Assembly: GCA_016180725.1 (NCBI GenBank)
Contig: JACPAR010000015.1
Span: 1-53,719 of the forward strand
Direction: 5' to 3'
DNA: 53,719 bases
From: Candidatus Levyibacteriota bacterium
GTDB lineage: Bacteria; Patescibacteriota; Microgenomatia; Levybacterales; UBA12049
In this document: piece by piece, positions 17,966 to 28,112 of the stretch
Position numbering within the stretch: the stretch's first letter is position 1
How the letters are laid out: each line of letters opens with the position of its first letter
The notes under the pieces: model-generated
Database searches by the model: none
Told to the model about the DNA's origin: nothing
The model's input: the letters and a program-made list of their open reading frames with translations, nothing else
Made by a program: the position numbers and the translations under genes

Positions 17966-19679
17966 AATCTTTGGAAGATTTTCTGCCGTCGATTTTGTCA
18001 AGCGTGTTTTCCTTGATCATCTTGGCCAGGTGCTTGCCGCCGATTATGTGCGGAATAACAACATAATCTGCACCTGCATCGTAAAGTTTTTTCGCGTCAT
18101 CAAAATCCTGAGCAACTACTATAATTTTTGCGCTTACCTGCCTTTCGCCCGCCTGACGGACGGACAGAGCAGGCAGGTTTTTTGTATGATGCAACCCGTC
18201 TATTAGAAGAATGTTGTCATCAACATCCGAAACAGTCGAGATAACAAGCTTTGCTCTATGCAACTGAAGCCTTTGCTGAATATCTATGTCTGAAATATCG
18301 CCAAATATGCTTATTACCCCTTTTTCTTTTAAATCTTTTATTATATCCGGATCGAAATCTACAACAATAACTTTTTCTCCCTCCTCCAAGAGAGCATCTA
18401 AAATACCACTTCCCATTCTATTTGCGCCTATTAAAGCAACATGATCGGAGAGATCATCTAAACCCTCCGATTCCTCTTTTCCCTCTCTTATTTTCCCTAT
18501 TTCAAAAATACCGAGATAATTTTTTGTATGTTTATAGAACGAATTAGCATGCGTACTCATGTAAGTTGAAGCAGCAAATGTAACAAGACCAACTGTAGTC
18601 ATTAAAATTACAATATCGTTAGTTACATGCCCTAATTTACTTCCTAAAAATATAATAATAAGCGAGAATTCCGAAATCTGAGCCATATGAATTCCTGTTA
18701 AAAGAGAGGTTCTTTTCCGGTGACCAAATAAACCCATGATTATCATAATAATCAGAGGCTTTCCTAATATTACAAAAACCGAGAATATTAGAGCCGGCAC
18801 CAGTACTTTTCCTAAATCTCCTGTTGCTGCCTCCATTCCCAAAACAACAAAAAAGATTGTAATAAAAAAATCCTGAAGCGCCCTTACTCTGGCAATAATT
18901 TGGAAATTTTCTTTACTGTTTGCCAAAGCGACTCCGGCTAAAAACCCTCCTATTTCGATAGAAAAGCCGATAATTTGTGAACTAACTAAAGCCGACAATC
19001 CCAAAACCCAGGCAAGAGAAAAAAGTATTAGTGTTTCTTCCGACCTTGCCAGCTTATCTAAGATTAACGGAAATACTTTCTTACTTAAGAAAATAACAAA
19101 GGCAAATAATAAAATTGCCTTTACAATAATTAAGGCTAAATGCTGGGTTAACAATAATTCTTGCGAACCCTTATTAAATACCGAAAGAAATATTAAAACA
19201 AATACAGCAAAAAAATCCTGTATTAAAAGCATGCCAATCGAGATTTTCCCATAAAGGCTTTGCAGATCTTTTTTAGCCGAGAGGAGCTTAACAATAATAA
19301 TTGTACTTGAAAATGAAAGAGCAACTGCAATATAAAAAGACGAAATTAACGAAAACCCAAGTAGAAAAGATATAAAATATCCTAAAGCTGCTGTTAAAAT
19401 AATCTGCGGTATGCCAATAAAAAAAGCGGTGGAGCCGATTGAACGAAGGTCTTTTAATTTTAATTCAAGACCTAGCATGAATAACAAAAGCGTAATGCCA
19501 AATTGAGCCATCATTCGCAAATCCGCATGATTTTGCAGTTGTAACTGGCCAAATGGCCCGATAATAATTCCGGTTAAGATGTAAGCTAAAATAGGAGGTT
19601 GCTTTAAAAACCTAAAAATAATAGAAATAAGTGCTGCAAAACAAATAATAACCGTTACTTCAAACAAAATCCCGGACAT
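17949..19679 (-). CDS. CPA2/Kef-type cation:proton antiporter with TrkA-N (RCK) domain
   Basis: About 13 TMs, [19 protein letters not shown]; C-terminal IGANRMG Rossmann fold. Confidence 0.92.
   Translation of the reverse strand: MSGILFEVTVIICFAALISIIFRFLKQPPILAYILTGIIIGPFGQLQLQNHADLRMMAQFGITLLLFMLGLELKLKDLRSIGSTAFFIGIPQIILTAALGYFISFLLGFSLISSFYIAVALSFSSTIIIVKLLSAKKDLQSLYGKISIGMLLIQDFFAVFVLIFLSVFNKGSQELLLTQHLALIIVKAILLFAFVIFLSKKVFPLILDKLARSEETLILFSLAWVLGLSALVSSQIIGFSIEIGGFLAGVALANSKENFQIIARVRALQDFFITIFFVVLGMEAATGDLGKVLVPALIFSVFVILGKPLIIMIIMGLFGHRKRTSLLTGIHMAQISEFSLIIIFLGSKLGHVTNDIVILMTTVGLVTFAASTYMSTHANSFYKHTKNYLGIFEIGKIREGKEESEGLDDLSDHVALIGANRMGSGILDALLEEGEKVIVVDFDPDIIKDLKEKGVISIFGDISDIDIQQRLQLHRAKLVISTVSDVDDNILLIDGLHHTKNLPALSVRQAGERQVSAKIIVVAQDFDDAKKLYDAGADYVVIPHIIGGKHLAKMIKENTLDKIDGRKSSKDFMRLG
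18136..18178. repeat. Intragenic palindromic element (ACCTGCCT..AGGCAGGT)
   Basis: Terminal inverted repeats; in-frame insert [14 protein letters not shown] in the RCK domain. Confidence 0.8.
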
Positions 19680-19722
19680 ACTTTAAGATTAGCAATTATT
19701 TGAAGAATTTACAAATTAAAAT

Positions 19723-19836
19723 TTATTTAGTTATTAAGTATAAGATCACGGCGATGGCGATGCCGATTGAAGCGATGGTAAATCCTATGGCTAGTAACCT
19801 TAACCACTCAAAATTAGGCGGCTCACTTTTTACCAT
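19723..19836 (-). CDS. 37-aa single-TM small protein (not in ORF track)
   Basis: ATG 1 nt after the htrA stop; MVKSEPPNFEWLRLLAIGFTIASIGIAIAVILYLITK*. Confidence 0.6.
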   Translation of the reverse strand: MVKSEPPNFEWLRLLAIGFTIASIGIAIAVILYLITK

Positions 19837-19837
19837 A

Positions 19838-20971
19838 TTACTGGTTTGGAGCAGTATCAAGAGTTGCCGTAAGCTCGATTGTTTTTCCTTGTCCTGATTC
19901 TTCCTCCCGCCATACCTTAATCAAAACCCTATCTCCAACCTTCTTTTTTGCTATAAGCGCAGCAAGACCACCATTGTTATCCTTTACCCGCTTTCCGTCA
20001 AATTCAGTAATAATATCGCCAAGCTTTATTCCCGCCTTTTCGGCAGCTGCGCCCTCTACCACTTGCTGTACAAAAGCTCCTTCGGGAAGATTATTTCTAA
20101 GCGCTGCTTCCCGACTAACCATCTGGTATGCAACGCCAAGATAAGGACGTGTAAAGCCGCCTGTTTGCCTAAAATTACTTAAAGCATCTCTAACAACGTT
20201 TATGGGGAGAGCAAAACCAATATTCTCTGCGCCGCTTGCTACTGCAGTATTAATACCAATAACTTGACTTGCGGAATTCACAAGCGGTCCGCCGCTATTA
20301 CCGGGATTTATTGCCGCATCTGTTTGGATTACATCATCTAACCGTTCGGCAAGCCCTTCAAGCGGCGATCCTGCAGTAATACCTCGTCCAAGACCACTCA
20401 CAATCCCTTTTGTCACGCTGCCGCGAAACTCTCCAAGAGGCGTACCAACCGCAACTACCAGCTGCCCTACCTTAATCTTAGAAGAATCTCCCATCTCAAC
20501 CGTTTTTAACCCGCTTGCGTTTATTTTAATAATTGCAATATCGTTTGCCGGATCTCTATAAACACTCACTACGTCATATTTTTTTCCATCGTGGGCTATG
20601 ACTTTATACTTCCCAGCCGAAGAAACAACATGCTTGTTTGTAACAATAAGCCCATCCGAAGAAACAATAAATCCGGAACCGATATCCTGCTCCTGCTGTT
20701 TTCCCCTTGGACGCTCAAAAAAACTAAAAGGATCAAGCGGATTAATCTCGACAATCCGCTGCTCAATACCAACCGTTACAACAGAAGGAGTAATCTTTTC
20801 GACAATATCAACAACAACAGAGTCTTCCGACACCACTTTTACACGTTCTGACGGAAGTTGCAGATTCGGTGCTTTAAAAATATTTTGTAAATTTGGCGCG
20901 TATTGCTCAGCGACGCCAAACGCAGCCAGTAAAACAATAAAAACTGTTGCTAAAATAATTAACCTTCTCAT
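19838..20971 (-). CDS. htrA: HtrA/DegP-family serine protease with one PDZ domain
   Basis: GSGFIV, TNKHVV, DIAIIK, QTDAAINPGNSGGPL, PDZ. Confidence 0.95.
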   Translation of the reverse strand: MRRLIILATVFIVLLAAFGVAEQYAPNLQNIFKAPNLQLPSERVKVVSEDSVVVDIVEKITPSVVTVGIEQRIVEINPLDPFSFFERPRGKQQEQDIGSGFIVSSDGLIVTNKHVVSSAGKYKVIAHDGKKYDVVSVYRDPANDIAIIKINASGLKTVEMGDSSKIKVGQLVVAVGTPLGEFRGSVTKGIVSGLGRGITAGSPLEGLAERLDDVIQTDAAINPGNSGGPLVNSASQVIGINTAVASGAENIGFALPINVVRDALSNFRQTGGFTRPYLGVAYQMVSREAALRNNLPEGAFVQQVVEGAAAEKAGIKLGDIITEFDGKRVKDNNGGLAALIAKKKVGDRVLIKVWREEESGQGKTIELTATLDTAPNQ

Positions 20972-20976
20972 GATAA

Positions 20977-22230
20977 TTATTTTATTAACTCTCCCACTGC
21001 TTTTTCTAGTTGTAAATCGTGACTTTGATCTTTTTCATCAGCTGCAACTGCAATATCCGGTTCCAATCCCTTTCCATTTACCCATGTACCGTTGGGAGTT
21101 AACCACTTAGCAATGGTTACATGCAAACCTGCGCCGCCACCTAAATCTTCGGCCTGCTGAATTGTTCCTTTTCCAAAAGATGTTTCCCCAATCAATTTTA
21201 TTTTTCTTTGGTCTCTTAAAGCTCCGGCAACTATTTCGCTTGCGGAAGCAGATCCTTTGTTAACAAGCACAACTACCGGCAGGTCTGTAAACACTCCCTG
21301 TCTTGTAACGGAAAATGTTGTTCTGTCTCCGTTTGCTTTTTCTTCCATTACAACCGGCCCGCTTCTTAAAAATTCCGAAGCAATAAATGTTGCATCGGTT
21401 AAGTATCCCCCCGGGTTATTGCGAAGGTCCAAAACTAATCCGGCGATATCTTTTTTACCATTCATCTCAAGCGATAATTTATTTACTACTGCCAACCATT
21501 CCTGATTTGTGTTGTCTCCAAATTGCGAAACTCTAATATAAAGAACCTGCTTTTTACTATTAGATACTTTTATACCGTCTATTTTGTCTGCTTCTTTTAG
21601 GAAGCCTTCAACGCTTTTTACTACAATCGAATCCCTTTCAATTTTTATATCTGTTGGATCGCTTGCACCTTTATGAAGAATTGTAAGGGTAACTGTTGTT
21701 CCCTTTGGTCCTCTAATTTTATCTACAGCTTGCGCAAGCGTCCAGCCCGTTGTAGGTTGGTTGTCAACTTTAAGAATTGCATCTCCGCTTCGAATTCCAG
21801 CTTTTTTTGCCGGCATTCCGTCCAGAGGAGCAACTACTATTATTTGTTTGTCTTTCATACCAAGCTCGGCCCCTATGCCTTCAAATTTTTGACCAGCCAG
21901 TCCTTGCTTAAAATTATCATTTTGTACGGGAGGTAGATATACGGTGTAGGGATCGCCTAAACTTTGCACCATACCGGAAATTGCTCCGTTAACAAGTTTT
22001 TGGGGATCTAAAGCTTTTTTGTCGTAATAAGAATCTTCTATTTTTTGCCAAACAGTCCAAAATGTGGAAAAATCAACGTTAGATAAAGATGCCGGCGGTT
22101 CACGGCTTATTACAGAAAGATGGGGTTTGTAGTTTTTCCAATCAAAAGTAATTTTGGAAACACCAAGATAATAACCCAAAAATCCCGATATTAATACTAT
22201 TAAAATAATATGCAGCGAACGTGTTTTCAT
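20977..22230 (-). CDS. ctpA: Carboxyl-terminal processing protease (S41)
   Basis: GDPYT, PDZ, DLRNNPGG, SASASEIVAGAL, SFGKG; likely start MKTRS at 22230. Confidence 0.93.
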   Translation of the reverse strand: MKTRSLHIILIVLISGFLGYYLGVSKITFDWKNYKPHLSVISREPPASLSNVDFSTFWTVWQKIEDSYYDKKALDPQKLVNGAISGMVQSLGDPYTVYLPPVQNDNFKQGLAGQKFEGIGAELGMKDKQIIVVAPLDGMPAKKAGIRSGDAILKVDNQPTTGWTLAQAVDKIRGPKGTTVTLTILHKGASDPTDIKIERDSIVVKSVEGFLKEADKIDGIKVSNSKKQVLYIRVSQFGDNTNQEWLAVVNKLSLEMNGKKDIAGLVLDLRNNPGGYLTDATFIASEFLRSGPVVMEEKANGDRTTFSVTRQGVFTDLPVVVLVNKGSASASEIVAGALRDQRKIKLIGETSFGKGTIQQAEDLGGGAGLHVTIAKWLTPNGTWVNGKGLEPDIAVAADEKDQSHDLQLEKAVGELIK

Positions 22231-22262
22231 GTAGATAAAGTCACCCAAACAAAAATTTTGAG

Positions 22263-22508
22263 CTAACGTCCTGCAGTATAAGGCAGGAGTGCTAAATGTC
22301 TTGCTTGTTTTATTGCAATTGTTACATCTTTTTGATGTTTTGAGCAAACTCCGCTTCTTGCTCTTCCGATAATTTTTCCTCTCTCTGTTAATACCCTGCG
22401 TAAAACCTCAACATCTTTAAAAATTGGGTTTTTGTTTTCTTTGCACAAAAAACACTCTTTTGGCACACTGATTTTTTTTCTTGTTCTTACTTTACTTTTT
22501 GGTCGCAT
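22263..22508 (-). CDS. rpsR: 30S ribosomal protein S18
   Basis: CFLC, ERGKI..R.SGVCSKHQ, AIKQARHLALLPY. Confidence 0.97.
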   Translation of the reverse strand: MRPKSKVRTRKKISVPKECFLCKENKNPIFKDVEVLRRVLTERGKIIGRARSGVCSKHQKDVTIAIKQARHLALLPYTAGR

Positions 22509-22517
22509 ATAAATTTT

Positions 22518-23057
22518 TTAAAAGGGGATATCGTCTGGGGCAACATCTGTAGTCTGATTCTCGCTGGTTTCTGCCGAGGAATCTTCGCCAGGTCCTTTTT
22601 CTCCTTTCTTTTTATCTTTTTGACTCTTAGAAGCTTTTACTTCGGGACTAACCTGAACTTTTTCTTCGTTAACCGGACTTGCCGTACTTATACTTGTTTT
22701 TGCGGCCTGAGATTCATCCGGTCGTTTGTTATCTAAAAGAATCATATCGTCAATTACAACCTCTGTTGCATTCCTTTGTGTTCCGTCTTGAGCTGTCCAG
22801 GACCTGGTTGAAAGTCTTCCTTCAACATAAACCTTTCGTCCTTTAGTTAAAAATTGGCTGCACAATTCCGCCAATTTATTCCAGGAGACAATTCTGTGGA
22901 ATTCTGTTTCTTCGTGTTTTTCTCCCGTGTCGGTTGTCCAAGACCTGTTAGTTGCCAAACCAAACGAGCAAACAGCTGTGCCGTTTGGAGTGTATCTCAA
23001 TTCCGGATCGCGTGTTAAATTCCCTATCAATTGAACTCTGTTTAAACTTCGTGCCAT
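22518..23057 (-). CDS. ssb: Single-stranded DNA-binding protein
   Basis: LNRVQLIGNLTRDPELRYT, VEGRL, C-terminal DDIPF. Confidence 0.98.
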   Translation of the reverse strand: MARSLNRVQLIGNLTRDPELRYTPNGTAVCSFGLATNRSWTTDTGEKHEETEFHRIVSWNKLAELCSQFLTKGRKVYVEGRLSTRSWTAQDGTQRNATEVVIDDMILLDNKRPDESQAAKTSISTASPVNEEKVQVSPEVKASKSQKDKKKGEKGPGEDSSAETSENQTTDVAPDDIPF

Positions 23058-23063
23058 AATTTT

Positions 23064-23143
23064 TAGCGTTTAGTTATCAGCGTCGCGTCAAACGCGACTG
23101 CCACGTTTGACGTGGCGTCTAACGTCTAGTTAACTGAACGCTA
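23064..23143. repeat. Branched palindromic element between rpsF and ssb
   Basis: Outer TAGCGTTTAGTTA/TAACTGAACGCTA; inner GTCGCG-TCAAA-CGCGAC and GCCACG-TTTGA-CGTGGC. Confidence 0.75.
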
Positions 23144-23154
23144 GTTGCTAGACG

Positions 23155-23433
23155 CTATTTCTTCCGAACCAATAGGTGTCTTAAGATATTATCCTGACCA
23201 AAGAGTCTTTTTTCAAAATCCGAAGGAATAGAACTCTCTGTCTCGAGTGCCAATAATTTATAATAACCGTTTGTTTCCCTTTTAATCGGAAAACTCAGGT
23301 TTTTTTTACCCCATTCTTCTTCGGAAGCAATTTTAACATCCTTTAACCATCCTTTAATGGTTTCCTGAAGTTTTTTTCGCTGATCCTCGGATAAAGACGA
23401 CTTTAAAATCAAAACTAATTCGTACAATCGCAT
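23155..23433 (-). CDS. rpsF: 30S ribosomal protein S6
   Basis: YELVLIL, WGKKNLSFPIK, GYY, ILRHL; rpsF-ssb-rpsR order. Confidence 0.96.
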   Translation of the reverse strand: MRLYELVLILKSSLSEDQRKKLQETIKGWLKDVKIASEEEWGKKNLSFPIKRETNGYYKLLALETESSIPSDFEKRLFGQDNILRHLLVRKK

Positions 23434-23485
23434 TGTGCTGTTATCCTATCAATTTACTCAAAAAAATGCAAGAAGCAAAAGAATT

Positions 23486-23815
23486 CTATGCCACCTTTAC
23501 TTCAGCTGATAAAATAGCCTGTCTTACTTCTTCCTCAGATAGTACATTGTCCCAAATTACCGTGTTACCATCATCCGTATAAATAACACTCATACCCTTG
23601 GACTGATCTCCTCCTGTTTTAACAACAATAAGACTCGTATTAACCGTATTTCCCAATACAGATACTCCATTACAAACATGTCTTATTGTTGATGGGTTTC
23701 TAGGATCTGGCTTACCAACCCCCATTACAACACCACGTAAATCGGAAATAAATCTTGAAGTAATACCTGGTATTCTAGACGATCCTCTCAACTCGGGTTT
23801 TTCTTTACCTGCCAT
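23486..23815 (-). CDS. Hypothetical protein
   Basis: 109-aa ORF with ATG start, no motif recognised. Confidence 0.6.
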   Translation of the reverse strand: MAGKEKPELRGSSRIPGITSRFISDLRGVVMGVGKPDPRNPSTIRHVCNGVSVLGNTVNTSLIVVKTGGDQSKGMSVIYTDDGNTVIWDNVLSEEEVRQAILSAEVKVA

Positions 23816-23864
23816 ATAAAAATCATTATAAATAATTCTCTAAAATTTAACAATATTATTATTT

Positions 23865-25055
23865 TTATTGGCCAATAATAACAACGGCATCAAAAGGCAA
23901 ATCTTGTGTTAAATCAGAAGAAATACTGGCAATTTTGTATTGCGCCAAATCCAAATCTTTTTTAAGAAGACCTGTGTAGTCAATCTTACTGTTTTTAATT
24001 TTTATTGTTACATTTTCGTAATCGGAATTTTCGGCATTACCGGTTGATGTAACGTGATAGCCAAAATCCCGCAAAATATCAATAGCCTCACTTGCCGCCC
24101 CTATTTTACCCGCTCCGTTTAAAATAGAAAGGGTAAGCTTGCTTCTGTCTAAACCACTTATTGAACCCAGAACGATCGACTCTTCAATGCTAGTAGAATT
24201 ATTAGAAACTGCAGGATAAACTTCTAAAAAAGGCAAAGGGAAAGGCTGTATCGAGTTAAAAAGATTATTATAAATAATATATCTTTCTGTGCCGCTTGCA
24301 GGATCTAAAATAAAAACACCCTGATGGTCGTAACCGGTTATAACAACCGTATGTTCGCCTTTTACAACCGGCACGCTGCCATAAGAAAGCTCTACATCTA
24401 TCGGCTGTCCGTAACCAATACGAATCCAGGTTATTATTAAATGCTCGCTTGATATTGCTTTTTGAATAGCAACAGTTAAATCCTGATTTTTACTTAACAG
24501 TTTAGCTTCTAATCCATATTCTCTAAAAAGATCTATAAAAGGCGGCGCGTGAACGCCGTAATAATCTGCTCCCCCAAAAAATTTGTTTAAATTTTGTAAA
24601 AGTGAGCTAAAATCGTTTTTATCGGTAACTCCCATTCTTACTCCAATATTTGGGTTGTCGGAAATCCCGACTTTTTTCATTAATGTCTCCTCCGCTCCCC
24701 TTTCGTTTGTCGGATTAAAATCCTGATTATTTGTGTAATGAAAAATAACTGCAGACGCCGCCGCAAACTCGCAGCTTAAATTAAAAACCTGTCTTCTTGA
24801 AACAAGACTGATCTTATAACTTTCCGGCAGTGGAGCTAACGAAGGTATAAGTGAATTTGAACTTTCTGATAACTTTTGTTGCCGCTTAACAAAGCTATTT
24901 CGTTTAACAGTAGTGCCTAAAACCTTAGAGGATGGAGAAACAATATGTTCTGTTTTATCTAATTTAAAAAAAGAAAAATTTAAAACCTTAAACCAAAAGA
25001 GAGTGTAAAAAAGAAAAAAGACAACAACTGTAAAAACCGTTTTTCGTGATAACAT
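23865..25055 (-). CDS. Membrane-anchored C39-like peptidase fused to LytR C-terminal domain
   Basis: Q..NLSCE.AA, EHTVVITGYD, DP; C-terminal ILNGAGKIGAA..GNA..DAVVIIG. Confidence 0.85.
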   Translation of the reverse strand: MLSRKTVFTVVVFFLFYTLFWFKVLNFSFFKLDKTEHIVSPSSKVLGTTVKRNSFVKRQQKLSESSNSLIPSLAPLPESYKISLVSRRQVFNLSCEFAAASAVIFHYTNNQDFNPTNERGAEETLMKKVGISDNPNIGVRMGVTDKNDFSSLLQNLNKFFGGADYYGVHAPPFIDLFREYGLEAKLLSKNQDLTVAIQKAISSEHLIITWIRIGYGQPIDVELSYGSVPVVKGEHTVVITGYDHQGVFILDPASGTERYIIYNNLFNSIQPFPLPFLEVYPAVSNNSTSIEESIVLGSISGLDRSKLTLSILNGAGKIGAASEAIDILRDFGYHVTSTGNAENSDYENVTIKIKNSKIDYTGLLKKDLDLAQYKIASISSDLTQDLPFDAVVIIGQ

Positions 25056-25078
25056 TTCACAAAGGCTACGCGCCTATC

Positions 25079-25777
25079 TTAAATTCTACCACTTTCCAAA
25101 GGCATTGAATAATTACGAGTATTTACAAGTCTTACATCTATAAACTTCTTATTCCCATTAGGAAGTATGACTGCATTAAGTGAGTTGTTTGCGCTTCCTT
25201 CTCCTTTATTACCAACATAAATTCCATGTATGCGCTCTAGTCTTTCTGCAAGGTCACTCAGCTCTGGATCATCGCAAATTTTTATCGGATCCCCTTGTAT
25301 AAATGGAATTGAATATCCAATAGCATAAGGCAAACTACTATCGCCTATAAACCATATGCATAATGGAGCATCTATATGTGCTGGGTCAACTATATTTCCC
25401 AAGACATGTCCTGCAACTTGCCGCCATACTGTTACTTGCGCAAATTGATCTCCCCACGGATTTTTTGGACATAATGCATCAATTTCGTCTTGCTCAACAT
25501 CTTGATAACCAGTTGCGCCAAACATTTTTCTCATTAATTGTTTAATATTAAGATGGTCAACGCGACTGATTTTTATCGCCATATCTTGTTGATCTGAGTC
25601 TGAAGTTTTATACCGAAAAACAACACCATGACTTCCATAACCTACAAAAGTTAATTCACCAGCGTCTAACAAACACTCTAAGCCATCATAAAAATTTAAA
25701 ACAGGTACTTCAGCTAACAAGGGACGATTTCCCCATCTAGTAGATTCTGCGGGAATAGGTGTTAACTCCTTAAGCAT
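25079..25777 (-). CDS. Protein-kinase-like fold protein, divergent
   Basis: VGYGSHGVVF Gly loop, MAIK, N...KFID; no HxD. Confidence 0.5.
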   Translation of the reverse strand: MLKELTPIPAESTRWGNRPLLAEVPVLNFYDGLECLLDAGELTFVGYGSHGVVFRYKTSDSDQQDMAIKISRVDHLNIKQLMRKMFGATGYQDVEQDEIDALCPKNPWGDQFAQVTVWRQVAGHVLGNIVDPAHIDAPLCIWFIGDSSLPYAIGYSIPFIQGDPIKICDDPELSDLAERLERIHGIYVGNKGEGSANNSLNAVILPNGNKKFIDVRLVNTRNYSMPLESGRI

Positions 25778-25785
25778 ACTAAAAT

Positions 25786-26943
25786 CTATGCGCCGATTTT
25801 AAACTCTACAACATCTCCATCTTGTATAACATAATCCCTTCCTTCAAGACGGGCTTTGCCGACTTCACGGGAACCCTTCCAACCTTTGCTTTGAACAAAA
25901 TCTTGATATGAAACTACTTCTGCTTTAATAAACTTTTTTACGAAGTCTGTATGAATAGTGCCGGAGGCCATGAGGGCTGTTGAACCAGCCCGAATGGTCC
26001 AAGCTCTCACTTCTTTTTCCCCCGCTGTTAAAAATGAAATTAAACCTAATTTTTCGTAGGCTTTTTGAATTAATCTCTCAAGTCCTGATTGCTGTAATCC
26101 TAAATCCAAAAGATATTGTTTTTGTTCATCGGTTGATAATTCCGAAAGCTCTGATTCAATCTTTGCGCAAATGGCAATAATGTCATTGCGAGGAGTTGAA
26201 GACGACGAAGCAATCTCTTGAGACTGCTTCGCTTCGCTCGCAGTGACAGGATTAAGAAGCTCTGTGTATTTTTTAATAATTTCTGGGATTTTTTCTTCTG
26301 TATAATCTTCTTCCGAAACGTTGATTACCACAAGTTCCGGCTTTGCGGAAAGTAAAAATAAATCTCTCACCGCTTCTTTCTCTTCGTCAGTCAACTGAAC
26401 TTCTCTCGCCGGTATTCCCTTATCAAGATTGTCTATCAATCGCTGTATCACTTCTGCATAATTCTTAATTCTTGATTCATGCTTCTTTACATTAACATTT
26501 TCAAGCGTTGATAAATCTGCAAGTATTAGCTCTGCTTCAATAGTTTCTAGATCGGATTTTGGATCAACTGATCCCTCTTTAATCACGTTCTCATCCGCAA
26601 ACGCTCTAACAACATGAGCAATAATACTAACTTCCCGAATATGAGATAAAAATTTATTTCCCAACCCCGCGCCTTCTGATGCACCTTTAACCAATCCGGC
26701 AATATCGAGGAATTGAACGGTCGCAGGCTTTATCGGCGGAAATCCGCTCATTTTTTCCTCATCCTTTGTTATCTGCGCTAATCTTTCCAAACGTTCGTCC
26801 GGAACAGGAACTACCCCCACATTTGGTTCGATGGTAGCAAACGGATAATTTGCCGCCAACGCCTGCTGTTTTTTTAAAAGCGCATTAAACAAAGTAGACT
26901 TTCCGACATTGGGCAAGCCAATAATTCCAACCGAAATATTCAT
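25786..26943 (-). CDS. ychF: Redox-regulated ATPase YchF
   Basis: GLPNVGKSTLFN, ANYPFATIEPN, DIAGLVKGA, TGS domain. Confidence 0.97.
   Translation of the reverse strand: MNISVGIIGLPNVGKSTLFNALLKKQQALAANYPFATIEPNVGVVPVPDERLERLAQITKDEEKMSGFPPIKPATVQFLDIAGLVKGASEGAGLGNKFLSHIREVSIIAHVVRAFADENVIKEGSVDPKSDLETIEAELILADLSTLENVNVKKHESRIKNYAEVIQRLIDNLDKGIPAREVQLTDEEKEAVRDLFLLSAKPELVVINVSEEDYTEEKIPEIIKKYTELLNPVTASEAKQSQEIASSSSTPRNDIIAICAKIESELSELSTDEQKQYLLDLGLQQSGLERLIQKAYEKLGLISFLTAGEKEVRAWTIRAGSTALMASGTIHTDFVKKFIKAEVVSYQDFVQSKGWKGSREVGKARLEGRDYVIQDGDVVEFKIGA
26181..26248. repeat. Intragenic REP-like palindrome in ychF
   Basis: TGTCATTGCGAG...CTCGCAGTGACA; in-frame insert VTASEAKQSQEIASSSSTPRND. Confidence 0.85.
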
Positions 26944-26972
26944 AAGAGGATTATATCAAGAAACAATTAATT

Positions 26973-28109
26973 TTATTCGTTTTGTTCTTTAGTAGATACG
27001 ATTTTTTTATACACCCTTTTATACTCCTCCACCATTTTCTCAATTGTAAAATTCTTTTCTATGTGTTTTCTACATGCTTCTCGCATTGCAAGATATTCGT
27101 TTTCCGGCATAGAATAAATTCTTTCAACAGCTTCGATCAACCCCTCTATCCCCGTTTTTTTAACAATCCAATCTCCTCGAATATCACTATCTGATGAATT
27201 TACTATAAATCCGGTTTCACCATCTTTAATAATTTCAGGTATTGAACCTCTCGCATATGCCACAACAGGTGTACCACAGCTCATCGCTTCGATCAAAACA
27301 AGTCCGAATGGTTCTTCCCATTGTAAAGGGAATAGAAAGAGCTTACTCGTTTGAAAATCTTTTATAAGATCTAATCTGTCTTTCCCCAATGTCAGAGAAA
27401 TATTTTTGAAACATTTAACATCTGGAAGCACTTTCTCTTCAAACCATTTCTCATATTCTTTTCTTATTGTTCCAAATAATTTTAAACTGCGTTCTGTCCT
27501 ATTGGCAAGATCTATAGCAATATCCATACCTTTATCGGGAACTACCCGTCCTGCCCACATCATGCTTAATCCTCCCTTTGAATAAAATTTAAAATCACCA
27601 GTATTTATTCCATGAGGAATGGTTGCCACATATGGTAAATCAGGTATCATTTCGCGCTGTCTGTTTGTGGGAACAACGAAGAAAATATTTTTACAATCTT
27701 TGAAAAGATTTAAATATTTTTTTGCATACTCAACATCTGTTGGATGATAAAGTGTAACTAGTAGTGGCTTTTTTACAAATCGTGCAAATGGAAGCGCTAT
27801 ATCACCGTCACCGAGATTGATGTGATATAAATCAAACTCTTCTTGCTCTGAAAATGCTTTTGAAAGTAGTGCCAGCTCAAAGAGAATATGTCTATTTGCT
27901 CGCATAACAGCCTTGTCCTCAATTGTGGAAAGATACGATACACTTTCAATACGTACTGGTAAATCAGAATCTCCAGATGCAAAAGCAACAACTTCAATAT
28001 CCTTTTGATTTACTAAATTATTAATAAAATCTCTAACAATAATTCTCGTTCCGTTTTTAGTGTGCTTGTTAATACTTAAGTAATTTGAGCAAACTATAGC
28101 AATTTTCAT
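26973..28109 (-). CDS. Glycosyltransferase family 4
   Basis: GRVVPDKG, EEPFGLVLIEAMSCGTPVVA. Confidence 0.93.
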   Translation of the reverse strand: MKIAIVCSNYLSINKHTKNGTRIIVRDFINNLVNQKDIEVVAFASGDSDLPVRIESVSYLSTIEDKAVMRANRHILFELALLSKAFSEQEEFDLYHINLGDGDIALPFARFVKKPLLVTLYHPTDVEYAKKYLNLFKDCKNIFFVVPTNRQREMIPDLPYVATIPHGINTGDFKFYSKGGLSMMWAGRVVPDKGMDIAIDLANRTERSLKLFGTIRKEYEKWFEEKVLPDVKCFKNISLTLGKDRLDLIKDFQTSKLFLFPLQWEEPFGLVLIEAMSCGTPVVAYARGSIPEIIKDGETGFIVNSSDSDIRGDWIVKKTGIEGLIEAVERIYSMPENEYLAMREACRKHIEKNFTIEKMVEEYKRVYKKIVSTKEQNE

Positions 28110-28112
28110 AAT

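Noticed and set aside
19700-19897. 65-aa plus-strand ORF
   Set aside because: Antisense shadow of the htrA end and the 37-aa TM ORF
22231-22347. N-terminal extension of CtpA
   Set aside because: Overlaps rpsR; the TM-bearing start at 22230 is more plausible
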